Below, piece after piece: positions 20,080 to 29,771 of a DNA stretch of 64,000 bases (positions are counted from its first letter, which is position 1; each line of letters starts with the position of its first letter). The translations under genes were made by a program, and so were the position numbers. Where the stretch lies: assembly GCA_965214775.1 (NCBI GenBank), contig OZ243974.1:2769657-2833656 (forward strand), in the 5' to 3' direction. A model generated the notes under the pieces. That model ran no database searches. It was not told the DNA's origin and saw nothing but the letters and a program-made list of their open reading frames with translations. Source of the DNA: Nitrosopumilus sp. (GTDB taxonomy: Archaea > Thermoproteota > Nitrososphaeria > Nitrososphaerales > Nitrosopumilaceae).

Positions 20080-20875
20080 ATGCTCTGGGAAATGGGCAAG
20101 GACTTTATGGACGAGGTCGTGCTGGCCATGTCAGACGGCAAGCGCATAGCGGACCTGCACGGCGACTCGACGGGGTTTGGCCTCCGCAAGTACAAGAGCT
20201 GGCATCATGCCAAGTACGGGGAGATGACAGGACACGACTTTGCAAAGCTGCATAGTAGGCGCAGTAGGAGGCAGGATACTGTCATTTGAGGCCACACCTG
20301 GCACATCGGCCGACTCGCCGGAGTTTGCCCGCATGTTTTCCCGCATTCCAAAGGGAGGATACGGCATAGTGGCGCTGGATTCGGCATACGATTCGTACAA
20401 AAACTGCGAGTTGATTGCAAAAAGCGGCCGCGGACCTGCCATAAAGCCGGCAAAGGGAAACGAAAAGCCTTGGCAGGTTCAGCGCCCGGGCTAGGATGCT
20501 GCAGTGGATGCGTGACAGGCAGACGAATTCTGGCGCGCCTACCACAAGAGGAGCCAGGCAGAGGCCCTGCTCTCGGCAATGAAGGAAAGGACTGGATCCG
20601 TCCTGCGCTCAAAGCTGGACGGAACCATTACAGTCGAGCTGTTCGCTCGCGTGTTGTGCTACAACCTTACGGTATAATTTTTAACATAATTCCGTACTGT
20701 TGTTGGACTGCAGCAGCACTACCGTAAGGTATGGCCCGCATGGATATTTACGTTGCCTTTTGCGCATGTCCGGCCGAAAATGTCCCGTTCTGCATCTGAA
20801 TTTGCATACATACGGGGGCAGACTGGCAGATTATGGCAGCCTCTTGGAAATTTTTTGGACAACCCCGGGTCAAGG

Positions 20876-21017
20876 CAGTAGTTGAAAATGTACTTTTGTT
20901 CACCAGAACAGCTGTCTCACGCGGTTCTGGCATGCGGAATCCCATGCGTGCAGAGCCGTGGATGGACGGAGGCGCCATCACGCAGGTGCCATGCAAAGTG
21001 TACATTTTCAACTACTG
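20876..21017. mobile_element. 142-bp MITE
   Basis: Perfect 18-bp inverted repeats CAGTAGTTGAAAATGTAC / GTACATTTTCAACTACTG; the same end recurs at about 51095. Confidence 0.8.
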
Positions 21018-21035
21018 TTGAACCGATTACGCAGT

Positions 21036-21743
21036 CTAGTATAGTTTTTTCTTGCGAAACTTGGAGCTCTTTTCTTCCAATTGGCTAATTTTAGCTAGAA
21101 AGTTCGGGTCAATCTTTATTTTTGACAGTGATTCGGCAGATAATTTTACAGTATTGCTGTCCAGTGCAACGTTGGTTTTTGGAAGGTTTTTGTCAGACCA
21201 GAGCTTCATAGCCTTGTCTTCTAGCCTGTAGTCTCTAAAACCTGCCGGGAATCGTTTTGTTATGTGATCTAACAGGGTCCGGTCTTTGAAGACAACTTTT
21301 GGCTCAAACAACCGCGTCTCATCGCCATACACGTTTTCAAACAGGTTTCCCGAGACCTCGTCGGAGAGCAGCTCCATCTTTGAGATCTTGCGAATCAGCT
21401 CCAGAAAGTGCAGAAACTCGTGTGCCAGGATTGCGTGAATGGTACCCTTGAGCCCGTAGGCGACCAAGGGTGCGGAGATTTGAATTACCACCTGAAAACG
21501 CTCCTCAAACATTACCGGGATGGTTCTTGCAAACAGAATTCCAAACTCGTAGGAATTTGCAGTCGAAGAGGACAGAACCAGCGACGGCTCGACATATGCT
21601 GCAGGGTACCTGATTCCAGAAGCCTTTTCGATGCGGTTGATTCCAGAAACGGCGATTGGAAATCTCCTTGCAGTCAGATCACAGACATCCCGTGGTATGA
21701 CTCCCTTGTGACATGCGTCTTTTAGGCGGACAAGAGGATCCAA
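21036..21743 (-). CDS. Hypothetical protein with HExxH motif
   Basis: ILAHEFLHFLE; 235-aa ORF in a core block. Confidence 0.75.
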   Translation of the reverse strand: MDPLVRLKDACHKGVIPRDVCDLTARRFPIAVSGINRIEKASGIRYPAAYVEPSLVLSSSTANSYEFGILFARTIPVMFEERFQVVIQISAPLVAYGLKGTIHAILAHEFLHFLELIRKISKMELLSDEVSGNLFENVYGDETRLFEPKVVFKDRTLLDHITKRFPAGFRDYRLEDKAMKLWSDKNLPKTNVALDSNTVKLSAESLSKIKIDPNFLAKISQLEEKSSKFRKKKLY

Positions 21744-21908
21744 TACCTCCCCTCAGGGCGTTGAATGTAAAAAGGTTGATTTGTTCAGGAACGCGGTTTT
21801 CCGGCCTTGGCTTTTTTAACCCTTCTAGTTTTGGCCCTTTGATCAGCATGTCTTAGGTGCTTGCCTTTTTTTCTTATCGGCATGCGGTAAGGGGGCGGCC
21901 AGTGATAG

Positions 21909-23075
21909 TTAATTGTTGCCATCGGTTATTTTGACGTCAAGAAAATCAAACGTATCTGCCAGGCAGCTTGTGCCAAGAATCGAGGAGACGCTGGGAACGA
22001 CATCATCGCCGCTTACAAACCGCTTGATCGGCAGTCCGCCTTCAGCATTGATCTCCAATGCAAACTTTTGATCTGAGAGTCTTTCATATGAGACCAGGCT
22101 GATCTTTTTTTCTGCACGGCTGCCGGATTTTTGATAAACTGCCACGGCTGCAGAAGGCAAGAAAAGGGCTCTGATTTTTTCAAGCTGGGACGGCGTGACT
22201 TTTGAATCAGCAGAGATGCGGATGTTGATCCTCGAGGAGAACCTGATTGGCTGTGGCGGCAGCCTGTCTTCAACCCTCAAATCCGTCACAGATACACAGC
22301 TGCTGCCGTCTTTTTTGGACATAGTGCGAATCTTTCGTTTCAGAGGGTTTTGAAGCCTTACAAAAAAAGGCCTGCCGGTGCCCAAGACGAGGCTGGATTT
22401 GTCCTCGCCGCCAACCCAGGTGAATTTGGCAGTCGTGCAGCCTATCTCCCGGAATAGCAGTTCAGATATCACGCCTTCAACGCTCTCAGATCCGGTTATC
22501 CCGTGAAAGTCACACATTCTGCAGCCCTTTGCCAAACAATTAGGACAGGGTTTCTGCTTTTGGGGGAGATTGCGATCGTTTTTTGTGTATCTTCCCGAGA
22601 GAAGGATTGGCTTGGAGCGAAGCTGGCACGATTCGTCTCTGGTATTCACAGTAAAGGTGACATCAGAATCCAGGGGGTCAAGGATTTTTTTTGTTTTCTT
22701 GGAGTATAGTTTTGCCAGCTGTCTTGTAACGTCGGTTTTTACGCTGTCAGTTCCCCTTAGCCTGTATTTGGAGCGTATGGCATCGTCATGATCAACCATG
22801 GTGGGTTTCAGGATTGCACCCACGCTAAAGGATTCAAAGGAGAACCCTGATGAAGAGTCAACCATCATCCTGACATAGTAGTCCATGTTATCAAACAGGT
22901 CCTTGCAGACATGGCACTTTGAGGTCTTTTGTCCTTTGTTTAGTTTCCTTCCCAGGAGCTTGTGGGATGACAGACGGAGTTTTTTTGCAAAAAAACGGCC
23001 CAGACACTGATCACACAGAACGTGCTCTTTTAAGATCCGGTCTGCAACAGGGGCAATCAGGGCGTATTCAGACAT
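21909..23075 (-). CDS. pus10: tRNA pseudouridine synthase Pus10
   Basis: LCDQCLGR, GRYTK..RNLPQ, SVEG, GGED, LGTGRPF, GGLPIKRFVSGD, PSVS. Confidence 0.88.
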   Translation of the reverse strand: MSEYALIAPVADRILKEHVLCDQCLGRFFAKKLRLSSHKLLGRKLNKGQKTSKCHVCKDLFDNMDYYVRMMVDSSSGFSFESFSVGAILKPTMVDHDDAIRSKYRLRGTDSVKTDVTRQLAKLYSKKTKKILDPLDSDVTFTVNTRDESCQLRSKPILLSGRYTKNDRNLPQKQKPCPNCLAKGCRMCDFHGITGSESVEGVISELLFREIGCTTAKFTWVGGEDKSSLVLGTGRPFFVRLQNPLKRKIRTMSKKDGSSCVSVTDLRVEDRLPPQPIRFSSRINIRISADSKVTPSQLEKIRALFLPSAAVAVYQKSGSRAEKKISLVSYERLSDQKFALEINAEGGLPIKRFVSGDDVVPSVSSILGTSCLADTFDFLDVKITDGNN

Positions 23076-23091
23076 GTCAGATGCGGGGATG

Positions 23092-24417
23092 TTAGCCCAG
23101 TCCCATCCGCCTGAGTGTTCCCTGCATCTGCCGTCCCTTTGAGGCCTTCATCATGTTCTTGGAATTTTTATAGTTTTTTATCAGTTCTTTGACTTCCCCC
23201 TCTGGCCAGCCAGAGCCCCTTGCTATCCGTTTTATTCTAGACGGGTTCAGCAGGCCGGGATCTGCCTTTTCATCCCCGGTCATGCTCTGAATGATGTATC
23301 GCCACTTTGAGACCCTGTCCTCTATTTGATCGACCTGATCATCTTTTACCAACCCAGACAGGCCAGGCACGCTCTCCAAAAGCCCCTTAAACGAGCCAAC
23401 TTTTGTAACCTCCTCTAGCTGGTAAAAGAAATCATCCATGTTCATTTTTCCGCTGGAGATTCTCTTCATTCTAACGTCGTTTCCCTCGCTCTCCAGGCGC
23501 TTGGCCAGATCAAGGACTGCCTGGATGTCCCCCATCCCAAGCAGTCTGCCGACAAACCGCGTCGGGGAAAACTTTTCCAAATCGTCAATTCTCTCACCGG
23601 TTCCAATGTACATTATCTGCGCGCCCGTGGCAGCAGATGCTGCTAGTGCACCGCCGCCTTTTGCAGAACTGTCAAGCTTGGTAACAATCACGCCGCCCAC
23701 GGGAATTGTTTTGTGGAACGCCTCTGCCTGACTGTAGCACTGCTGGCCAATGGTTCCATCAATTACCAGTAGCGCCAGATCGGGATCCGCTGCTTTTCTG
23801 ATTTGGGCCATTTCGTCTAAAAGATCCTGCTCCTCTTTGTGCCTGCCGGCCGTGTCTATCAGAATTACGTCAAGAGGCTGACTTTCAAAGTGCCTCAAGC
23901 CGTTTTTTACAATGCCAGGAGAGTCCCTGCTTTTTTCCTCGCCATAAACCTCGACGTTGGATTTTTCGCACATCGTCTTTAGCTGAACAAGGGCGCCGGG
24001 CCGGTACGTATCGGCTCCAATAACGCCCACCTTGTACCCCTGACGGGTCAGAAATTTTGCCAGTTTGGAGGAGGCAGTAGTCTTTCCGCTCCCCTGGATT
24101 CCCAGCAAGACAATCTTGTTTTGTCTGTCTGGCTTGAAATCAAACCCTGATTCGTTTCCAAGAAGTTTTGAGAGTTCGTCATACAGGATCTTTACAATGT
24201 GATCCTTTCTTGATAGTCCTGGAGGGGGCGTCTCATTGAGGGCCCTTTCTTCAAGGCTTTCAGTTATCTTTAGAATCAGCCCGACGTCGACATCAGAGTG
24301 CATCAATGCCCTTTGGACGTCCTTGGACAGTTCCTTGATCAGCTCCTCGTCTATGCCTGAGGATTTGATGATTTTTTTGATTGCAGCGCCAAGGCTGTCT
24401 TTTAGGCCATCAAGCAT
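23092..24417 (-). CDS. srp54: Signal recognition particle 54-kDa protein
   Basis: [29 protein letters not shown]; M domain IIQSMT and [11 protein letters not shown]. Confidence 0.96.
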   Translation of the reverse strand: MLDGLKDSLGAAIKKIIKSSGIDEELIKELSKDVQRALMHSDVDVGLILKITESLEERALNETPPPGLSRKDHIVKILYDELSKLLGNESGFDFKPDRQNKIVLLGIQGSGKTTASSKLAKFLTRQGYKVGVIGADTYRPGALVQLKTMCEKSNVEVYGEEKSRDSPGIVKNGLRHFESQPLDVILIDTAGRHKEEQDLLDEMAQIRKAADPDLALLVIDGTIGQQCYSQAEAFHKTIPVGGVIVTKLDSSAKGGGALAASAATGAQIMYIGTGERIDDLEKFSPTRFVGRLLGMGDIQAVLDLAKRLESEGNDVRMKRISSGKMNMDDFFYQLEEVTKVGSFKGLLESVPGLSGLVKDDQVDQIEDRVSKWRYIIQSMTGDEKADPGLLNPSRIKRIARGSGWPEGEVKELIKNYKNSKNMMKASKGRQMQGTLRRMGLG

Positions 24418-25102
24418 GGTAATCATCAAGTCCCGCCTCCACTATTTCAAACCTTCCCCTGTAGCCATCCCAGTATTTTTCAAACTTTGTTACCAGTATG
24501 GCAGAAGAAAACATCGGACAGTCCACCACAAACGTTTCTGCCTCGCCGCCTTCAAAGTCAAGATTGAACTTGTACCTGTCAGAGAGGGCACTTAGTATAG
24601 GCAGATCCGAGGAGGTCACTTTTCTGCCCAGCCATGCGTCATCCAGACCTTCGGAGGCAACAGACGTCACGATAAACGAAAAGCCGGCTCCAAGCAGGTC
24701 ACTCATGTGTTTTTGTGCATCAGTGTTCCAGAGGGGTGCAACAGATTTCAGATCTAGTTTTTGACAGACGGACTCGAATCTTTCTTTTTGGAAATTGCTT
24801 TTGATTCCCCCGTGAACAATCCCTTCAATGTTGAATTTTTCCTTGGCGGCAATCAGGAGCTTTTCTATATGGAGCAGTTCGTCTTCAGTGGCATTGGAAT
24901 CTGATTCGACGGTTAGTTGGGGGACGTTCATGGATTCGGCCTGAAGCCTAGTCCAGATCATGTTTGGATGGTGCAGAAGATGACTTTCGGCAGAGTTTGG
25001 AAACACTGTCAGCAAAACGACCACGTCGTGGCCCTGCTTTTGCGCCAAGTGGGTTGCAAACGCACTGTCCTTTCCGCCGGAGAACAAGGATGCAAGTTTC
25101 AT
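24410..25102 (-). CDS. dph6: Diphthine--ammonia ligase
   Basis: LFSGGKDS PP-loop, PLW, EGGEAETFVVDCPMF; start moved to 25102. Confidence 0.9.
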   Translation of the reverse strand: MKLASLFSGGKDSAFATHLAQKQGHDVVVLLTVFPNSAESHLLHHPNMIWTRLQAESMNVPQLTVESDSNATEDELLHIEKLLIAAKEKFNIEGIVHGGIKSNFQKERFESVCQKLDLKSVAPLWNTDAQKHMSDLLGAGFSFIVTSVASEGLDDAWLGRKVTSSDLPILSALSDRYKFNLDFEGGEAETFVVDCPMFSSAILVTKFEKYWDGYRGRFEIVEAGLDDYHA

Positions 25103-25486
25103 GTCTTTGGTTGGATTCCGTTTTACAAATTTTAGGGTTGTTATTTGACAGGATGCCTCAACACTCATAATCGTCATCATAAATCAGACGGCTTTTCCGG
25201 CAATCATCAGCATCCGTACTGGTTTCCAACGCGCATGATTTTAGTTGTATGGTCGCAGAGCATCTCCTGCAGGCACGAATTTCTGTCTTCATGCAAGGTA
25301 TTGAAAATTGGAATGACTACTCCCTTACCTTCCAGCGATATCAACTCTGTCAGGGTTTGAAGCAATCACAGATTCGTAGGAAGGTTTGTAATTTAAAGTA
25401 AAAGACTGTCAAAAACAAAGGCATCTGATCGTGCTCTGGAAGATGTCTCTGACTTTTTTAGGCACGAACTCCTTGAACTGCCCTTT

Positions 25487-26647
25487 TTGGTGGCAAGATT
25501 CATGCTTGAGCTTCCAGTGCGAGTTGTTACAAATATAATGCCACAAAATACGTTGATCGTGCCGGTCATGCCAAGCCACGTATCATCAAAACGCCGCCTT
25601 TTACGTAGGATGGAAAACATGGCAAAGGGTTTGCTGTTTGCCGATTACCGATTGTACAACTATCAGATTGCGTGTCCGGTCTGCGGCCGTTTAAGGGACG
25701 TTCAAAGAACTGATTTTTGGTGGTCTCTCAAGTACCCAAAGGTATCTGCGTTTTTGATGCCATACCGGCTGAATAACGTCACGTCGTTTCTCCGCACCCT
25801 GCCGGACTTTCTGATAATAGGCATTGCCAAGTCAGGAACCACATCACTGTACGGCCTGATAAGCGCGCATCCGAACGTGGTTCCGGCACGGGTCAAGGAG
25901 GTGCACTATTTTACCGATTCACGGCATTATGAGATGGGTACGCTGTGGTACCGCGCCAAGTTTCCAAGCGTATTGTACAAACGCTGGCTTGCCCTACGGC
26001 GGCACGGCCAAAAAATACTGTCCGGCGAGGCATCCTCCACCTATTTGTTCCACCCGATGGTACCTGGCAGGGCCAAGGCACTGCTTCCCGATGTCAAGCT
26101 GATCGTGATACTGCGCAACCCCGTCGACCGTGCCTACTCTGAATATCACATGCAGATCAGGGATCGATACGAGTCGCTGACATTTGAGGATGCAATAGAG
26201 GCAGAAAAAGACAGGATCTCATACGAGATGGAAAGAGTCAGATCTGATCCGCAATTTTATTGGAGCAACCTGCACCATTATTCCTATCTGCAAAAGGGAC
26301 ATTATGCAGAACAGCTGACTCGCTGGTTCAGATACTACGACAAAGACCGGTTTCTCATCCTGACCATGGAGGAACTAGAGGCAGATCAGCGGGGCGTACT
26401 TGACCGGGTCTTTGAGTTCCTGGGACTTGAGCCGTTTGATGTAAGCGGCCTTGACTCCTTGCCGAGTCATTCGTGGACAAAGCAATTCATACGCAAGCCG
26501 TCCGATGAGACTGATCGTGGGTTGTTAAACGCATACAGTTACGGCGCGATGAAGCCCAAGACGCGTGCAATGTTGCTGGATTATTTCAAGCCCCACAACA
26601 AACGGCTGTCTGAACTCTTGCAGCGTGACTTTGACTGGGACAGATGA
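25487..26647 (+). CDS. PAPS-dependent sulfotransferase (heparan-sulfate 3-O/N-sulfotransferase-like); true start may be downstream
   Basis: PDFLIIGIAKSGTTSLY (5'-PSB), KEVHYF, LRNPVDRAYSEY (3'-PB), LLDYFKPHNKRL. Confidence 0.88.
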   Translation: MVARFMLELPVRVVTNIMPQNTLIVPVMPSHVSSKRRLLRRMENMAKGLLFADYRLYNYQIACPVCGRLRDVQRTDFWWSLKYPKVSAFLMPYRLNNVTSFLRTLPDFLIIGIAKSGTTSLYGLISAHPNVVPARVKEVHYFTDSRHYEMGTLWYRAKFPSVLYKRWLALRRHGQKILSGEASSTYLFHPMVPGRAKALLPDVKLIVILRNPVDRAYSEYHMQIRDRYESLTFEDAIEAEKDRISYEMERVRSDPQFYWSNLHHYSYLQKGHYAEQLTRWFRYYDKDRFLILTMEELEADQRGVLDRVFEFLGLEPFDVSGLDSLPSHSWTKQFIRKPSDETDRGLLNAYSYGAMKPKTRAMLLDYFKPHNKRLSELLQRDFDWDR

Positions 26648-26832
26648 TTTGCACGGTATCCGTTCATCTGTCCGTACCATACATTGGCTCATTTTTACGG
26701 CCTTTCTTGTTCCTGAGAGGCATGGAGGAGGCGGTTCAAGATTAGAAATTGCAGATGCTCGGATTTTTCTGTACGTTTGCTAAGCGATTTTACATGCAGG
26801 CAACTTGTAACTTGCAGGCATTTTGATTAGAC

Positions 26833-27448
26833 CTATATCCATGTGTCGGGTTTATAAGAATTCCACGCGCAACGGTGTTGTGAGGCATAGCATTGGCTGG
26901 GGGTCTCTTCCTGACAATCCCAAAATGAAGGTCGGACATTTATCTATACGAGGATCTCCCTCAGCACCATTCTTCATCCATTTGTCAGAACCATTCTGCA
27001 GTTACTAAACGAGGATCTCCCTCAACTAGGTCAACGCAGATTAAAGTTCTAACTGTAATGATGATGATATTCATTTCACACACATATATCTCCTATGCCT
27101 TGATTGAAGGTCATCCACTTCTTTAGCATCCAGTATGATATGCGCAGCAGCTTGGATGCTGCAACCACTGCGGACTTGGACCTTTCCCCTCTTCTTTACA
27201 AACATCTTCTTTATCTCGCTTTCCTTGTTGCTTATTTTTGTGTTCCTCAGAACCTTCCTGTTCTTGTCCATCACCGCGACCTGGATGGACTCCTTGTGCA
27301 CGTCCAGGCCGACATACTGCTGCTGCTGTTGCCGTTGCACCGCCTTTGATTTCACACATATCCTCTTTTTTGGGGCAATCTGTTTGTTTGCATCGCAATT
27401 TATTTTGGCATCATCTGAATTTCGTTTTTGAGACACACATGGTTACTA
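26833..27448 (-). mobile_element. Deleted IS110/IS1111-like element: RuvC N-terminal fragment (27071-27436) plus structured downstream non-coding region
   Basis: YVGLDVHKESIQVAVMD; subterminal IR CCATGTGT/ACACATGG; CTA at both junctions. Confidence 0.65.
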
Positions 27449-27457
27449 GGCCAAAAA

Positions 27458-27721
27458 CTAGTACTGATCGCTAGGATTTCTTTTATGTGGTGTATTCATA
27501 TAAACAGAATGAAAGAATTCAAATCTCAGTTTTACTGGTTCAAAAATAGCTTCAAGCACGTCGCGTAAGAATCCCTGATCTGTTTTTGGGATCCAAACTT
27601 CTTCCTGTGTTATTGTGTGGATGCAAAAAATGGTAGTAGCACCATCCGGATTACGTACATTAAACCCCAACATTTTGAGTGCATCTATAGTATCATCAGT
27701 GTTATACCTTTGACCACTCAA
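27458..27721 (-). CDS. HicA-like small protein
   Basis: DTIDALKMLGF...VWIP pattern, directly downstream of a HicB-like gene. Confidence 0.55.
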   Translation of the reverse strand: MSGQRYNTDDTIDALKMLGFNVRNPDGATTIFCIHTITQEEVWIPKTDQGFLRDVLEAIFEPVKLRFEFFHSVYMNTPHKRNPSDQY

Positions 27722-27729
27722 GTAATCTT

Positions 27730-27936
27730 TTAGAGGATAACTTCCTTAGGTGTATTGAAGATTTCGTCTTCCTTCTCTGGAAATATTTTCAAATAATCTT
27801 TTACAGATTTCACTAAATTGTCACCTGCCTCCTCTTTGGTACTTCCAAATGCGGTGACTTTATCGTTGGCCATACAACGCGCAACATATCCTTCCTTTAC
27901 TTTCTTGAGATCATATGTAATTATTTTTCCACCCAT
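27730..27936 (-). CDS. HicB-like antitoxin (N-terminal domain only)
   Basis: EGYVARC...VTAFGSTKEEAGDNLVKSVKDYL. Confidence 0.75.
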   Translation of the reverse strand: MGGKIITYDLKKVKEGYVARCMANDKVTAFGSTKEEAGDNLVKSVKDYLKIFPEKEDEIFNTPKEVIL

Positions 27937-27987
27937 GCGAATTCTTCCAATGCTGACAATTTAAACCTTAAAGAATTTGCTTATAAG

Positions 27988-29052
27988 TCTATTGTACGAA
28001 AATTAGGTCGCACTAATTTGAGGAGGATTGCAAAGGATTACTTTAGGCTTTACCGATCAAGAAAACCGATGGTTGTAAGGCTCGAGGCAAAGCAGATCAG
28101 ATACGCAGTGACGCAATGTGCAGGGGGACGAAAGCCCTCGGAGGTGGCCCCGGAGATAGGCGTCACGACAAGGCACGTCCAGCGGATGTATGCCCGGTTC
28201 AGGAAGACAGGCGACACGCACCACGTGCCGCTCAAGCCGGGAAGGAAAAAGAGCGCCCCGGTTCCCGACGGGGACATGCGCGCAGTCCTGGAGGAGTACA
28301 AACACAGTGCAGCAGGGGTGGTTCATACGGCCAAGAGGCTGCGAAGGCAACTCGATATAAGCTACTACGAGGTATACAGGATAATGAAAGAAAACGGGCT
28401 GGTGACGCCATCGGCTGCAAAATCAATGCCCAGAAAATACGTCCGCTTTGAGCGCAAATACTCCAATGCCATGTGGCACGTGGACTGGCATACCATGAAG
28501 GATCCGCGCTTTGCAGGGCTCAATTTGGTCACGTTCCTAGACGACTCGTCCAGGTGCGTGACTGGTGCGGGCCTGTTCAGGGAGGCCACCTCAGAAAACG
28601 TCGTGGCGGTCCTGCGGCAGGCCGTGGCCCAGTTCGGCGCGCCTGCCACCATACTCTCAGACAACGGCAAGTGCTTTGTCGGGGCGCGCTCGGATCCGAA
28701 GAAGAAGAAGAGTCCGCCCAAGGGCGGATGGAGGCCCACTGCCTTTGAGGAGGAGCTGCTCAACTGCGAAATCGGGCTGATAAACTCCAGGCCGTATCAC
28801 CCGCAGACCAATGGCAAACTGGAGAGATTCCACAGGAGCATCGAGGAGGAGATATGGAACCACAAGAGTCTGTCTGCATACATCGACTACTATAACGAGG
28901 ACAGGCTGCACTGGTCGCTTGACATCGACAACTACGAGACGCCGCTGCGGGCATTCTCCGACAGGGAGGCCACAGAAGCGATCAGGAAAAACAACCCAAG
29001 ATGGATGGAGGAGGACATTGGTGATGGTGCGACATAATTTTCATATAATACA
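27988..29052 (+). mobile_element. IS481-family element, intact; transposase 28018-29037; 15-bp target duplication
   Basis: GAATTTGCTTATAAG at 27973-27987 and 29053-29067; DDE core WHVDW/SDNG/KLERF. Confidence 0.92.
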
Positions 29053-29223
29053 GAATTTGCTTATAAGAGCGGAGATATGTGGTCGCCTGCCCCTCCTACC
29101 AATCAGGCACAAATTGGTATGTGCAACTATATGGTCTTCGTGCCTATACTGATGATCATTGAAAATTTCACCTGATTACACGCCTTGTGAAGGTTTATGG
29201 ATCTCCATCCATGGCCATCCTGA

Positions 29224-29771
29224 CATGAACAAGACGAAAACCCTCACGGATGCCATGCGTGTCGAAAAGGATCTCAAGATTCACACCAGAATCCTGGCGG
29301 TGCGCTCCGTGCTGCTTGGCAACACCATCGCACAGACCGCAGAGATTGCCAACGTGACACATCGTACCGTACAGATGTGGATCAAGAGATTCGATCTTGA
29401 CGGCGTTGACGGCCTCCGTGACTCCCCTGACAGGGGCAAAAAGCCAAAGGTTCCGGTCGGCAGGATAAAAAAGATCGCCACAAAGTTGCGCAGGATGGGA
29501 AAGATCACCCCGAAGAAGCTGTGCAACTGGGTGCGCCGCAGGCTGCATGTCACATACAGCGTGGGAAGCATCAGAAGAATCCTGCGCACGATGGGATTCT
29601 CGCTAAAGACGTCAACCACCAGGCTGGCAGATGCTGCCGACGCAAAGGCTGTAAGACGGTGGCAAGGGGCGACAAGAACCGCGATTGCGCTTGCAAAAAG
29701 GCGCGGATTTAGGATAACCGTACAGGACGAGTCGATATTCGTCAGTACGGGAAGGGACGGTAGAAAGTTCT
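29224..29771 (+). pseudogene. IS630-family transposase N-terminal half, truncated by IS66
   Basis: HTH plus DGVDGLRDSPDRG and VQDESIF; breaks at the IS66 terminus 29772. Confidence 0.8.

Larger units (their letters stand above)
18235..20866 (+). mobile_element. IS5/IS4-like element copy 2, disrupted by IS110 minis and IS481
   Basis: Same inverted repeats and same frameshifts as 14817-16502; transposase N-terminus deleted. Confidence 0.88.

Noticed and set aside
22395-22425. Pus10 catalytic loop reads GGED instead of GRED
   Set aside because: The catalytic Asp is retained, and I cannot tell without an alignment whether this is simply the lineage norm
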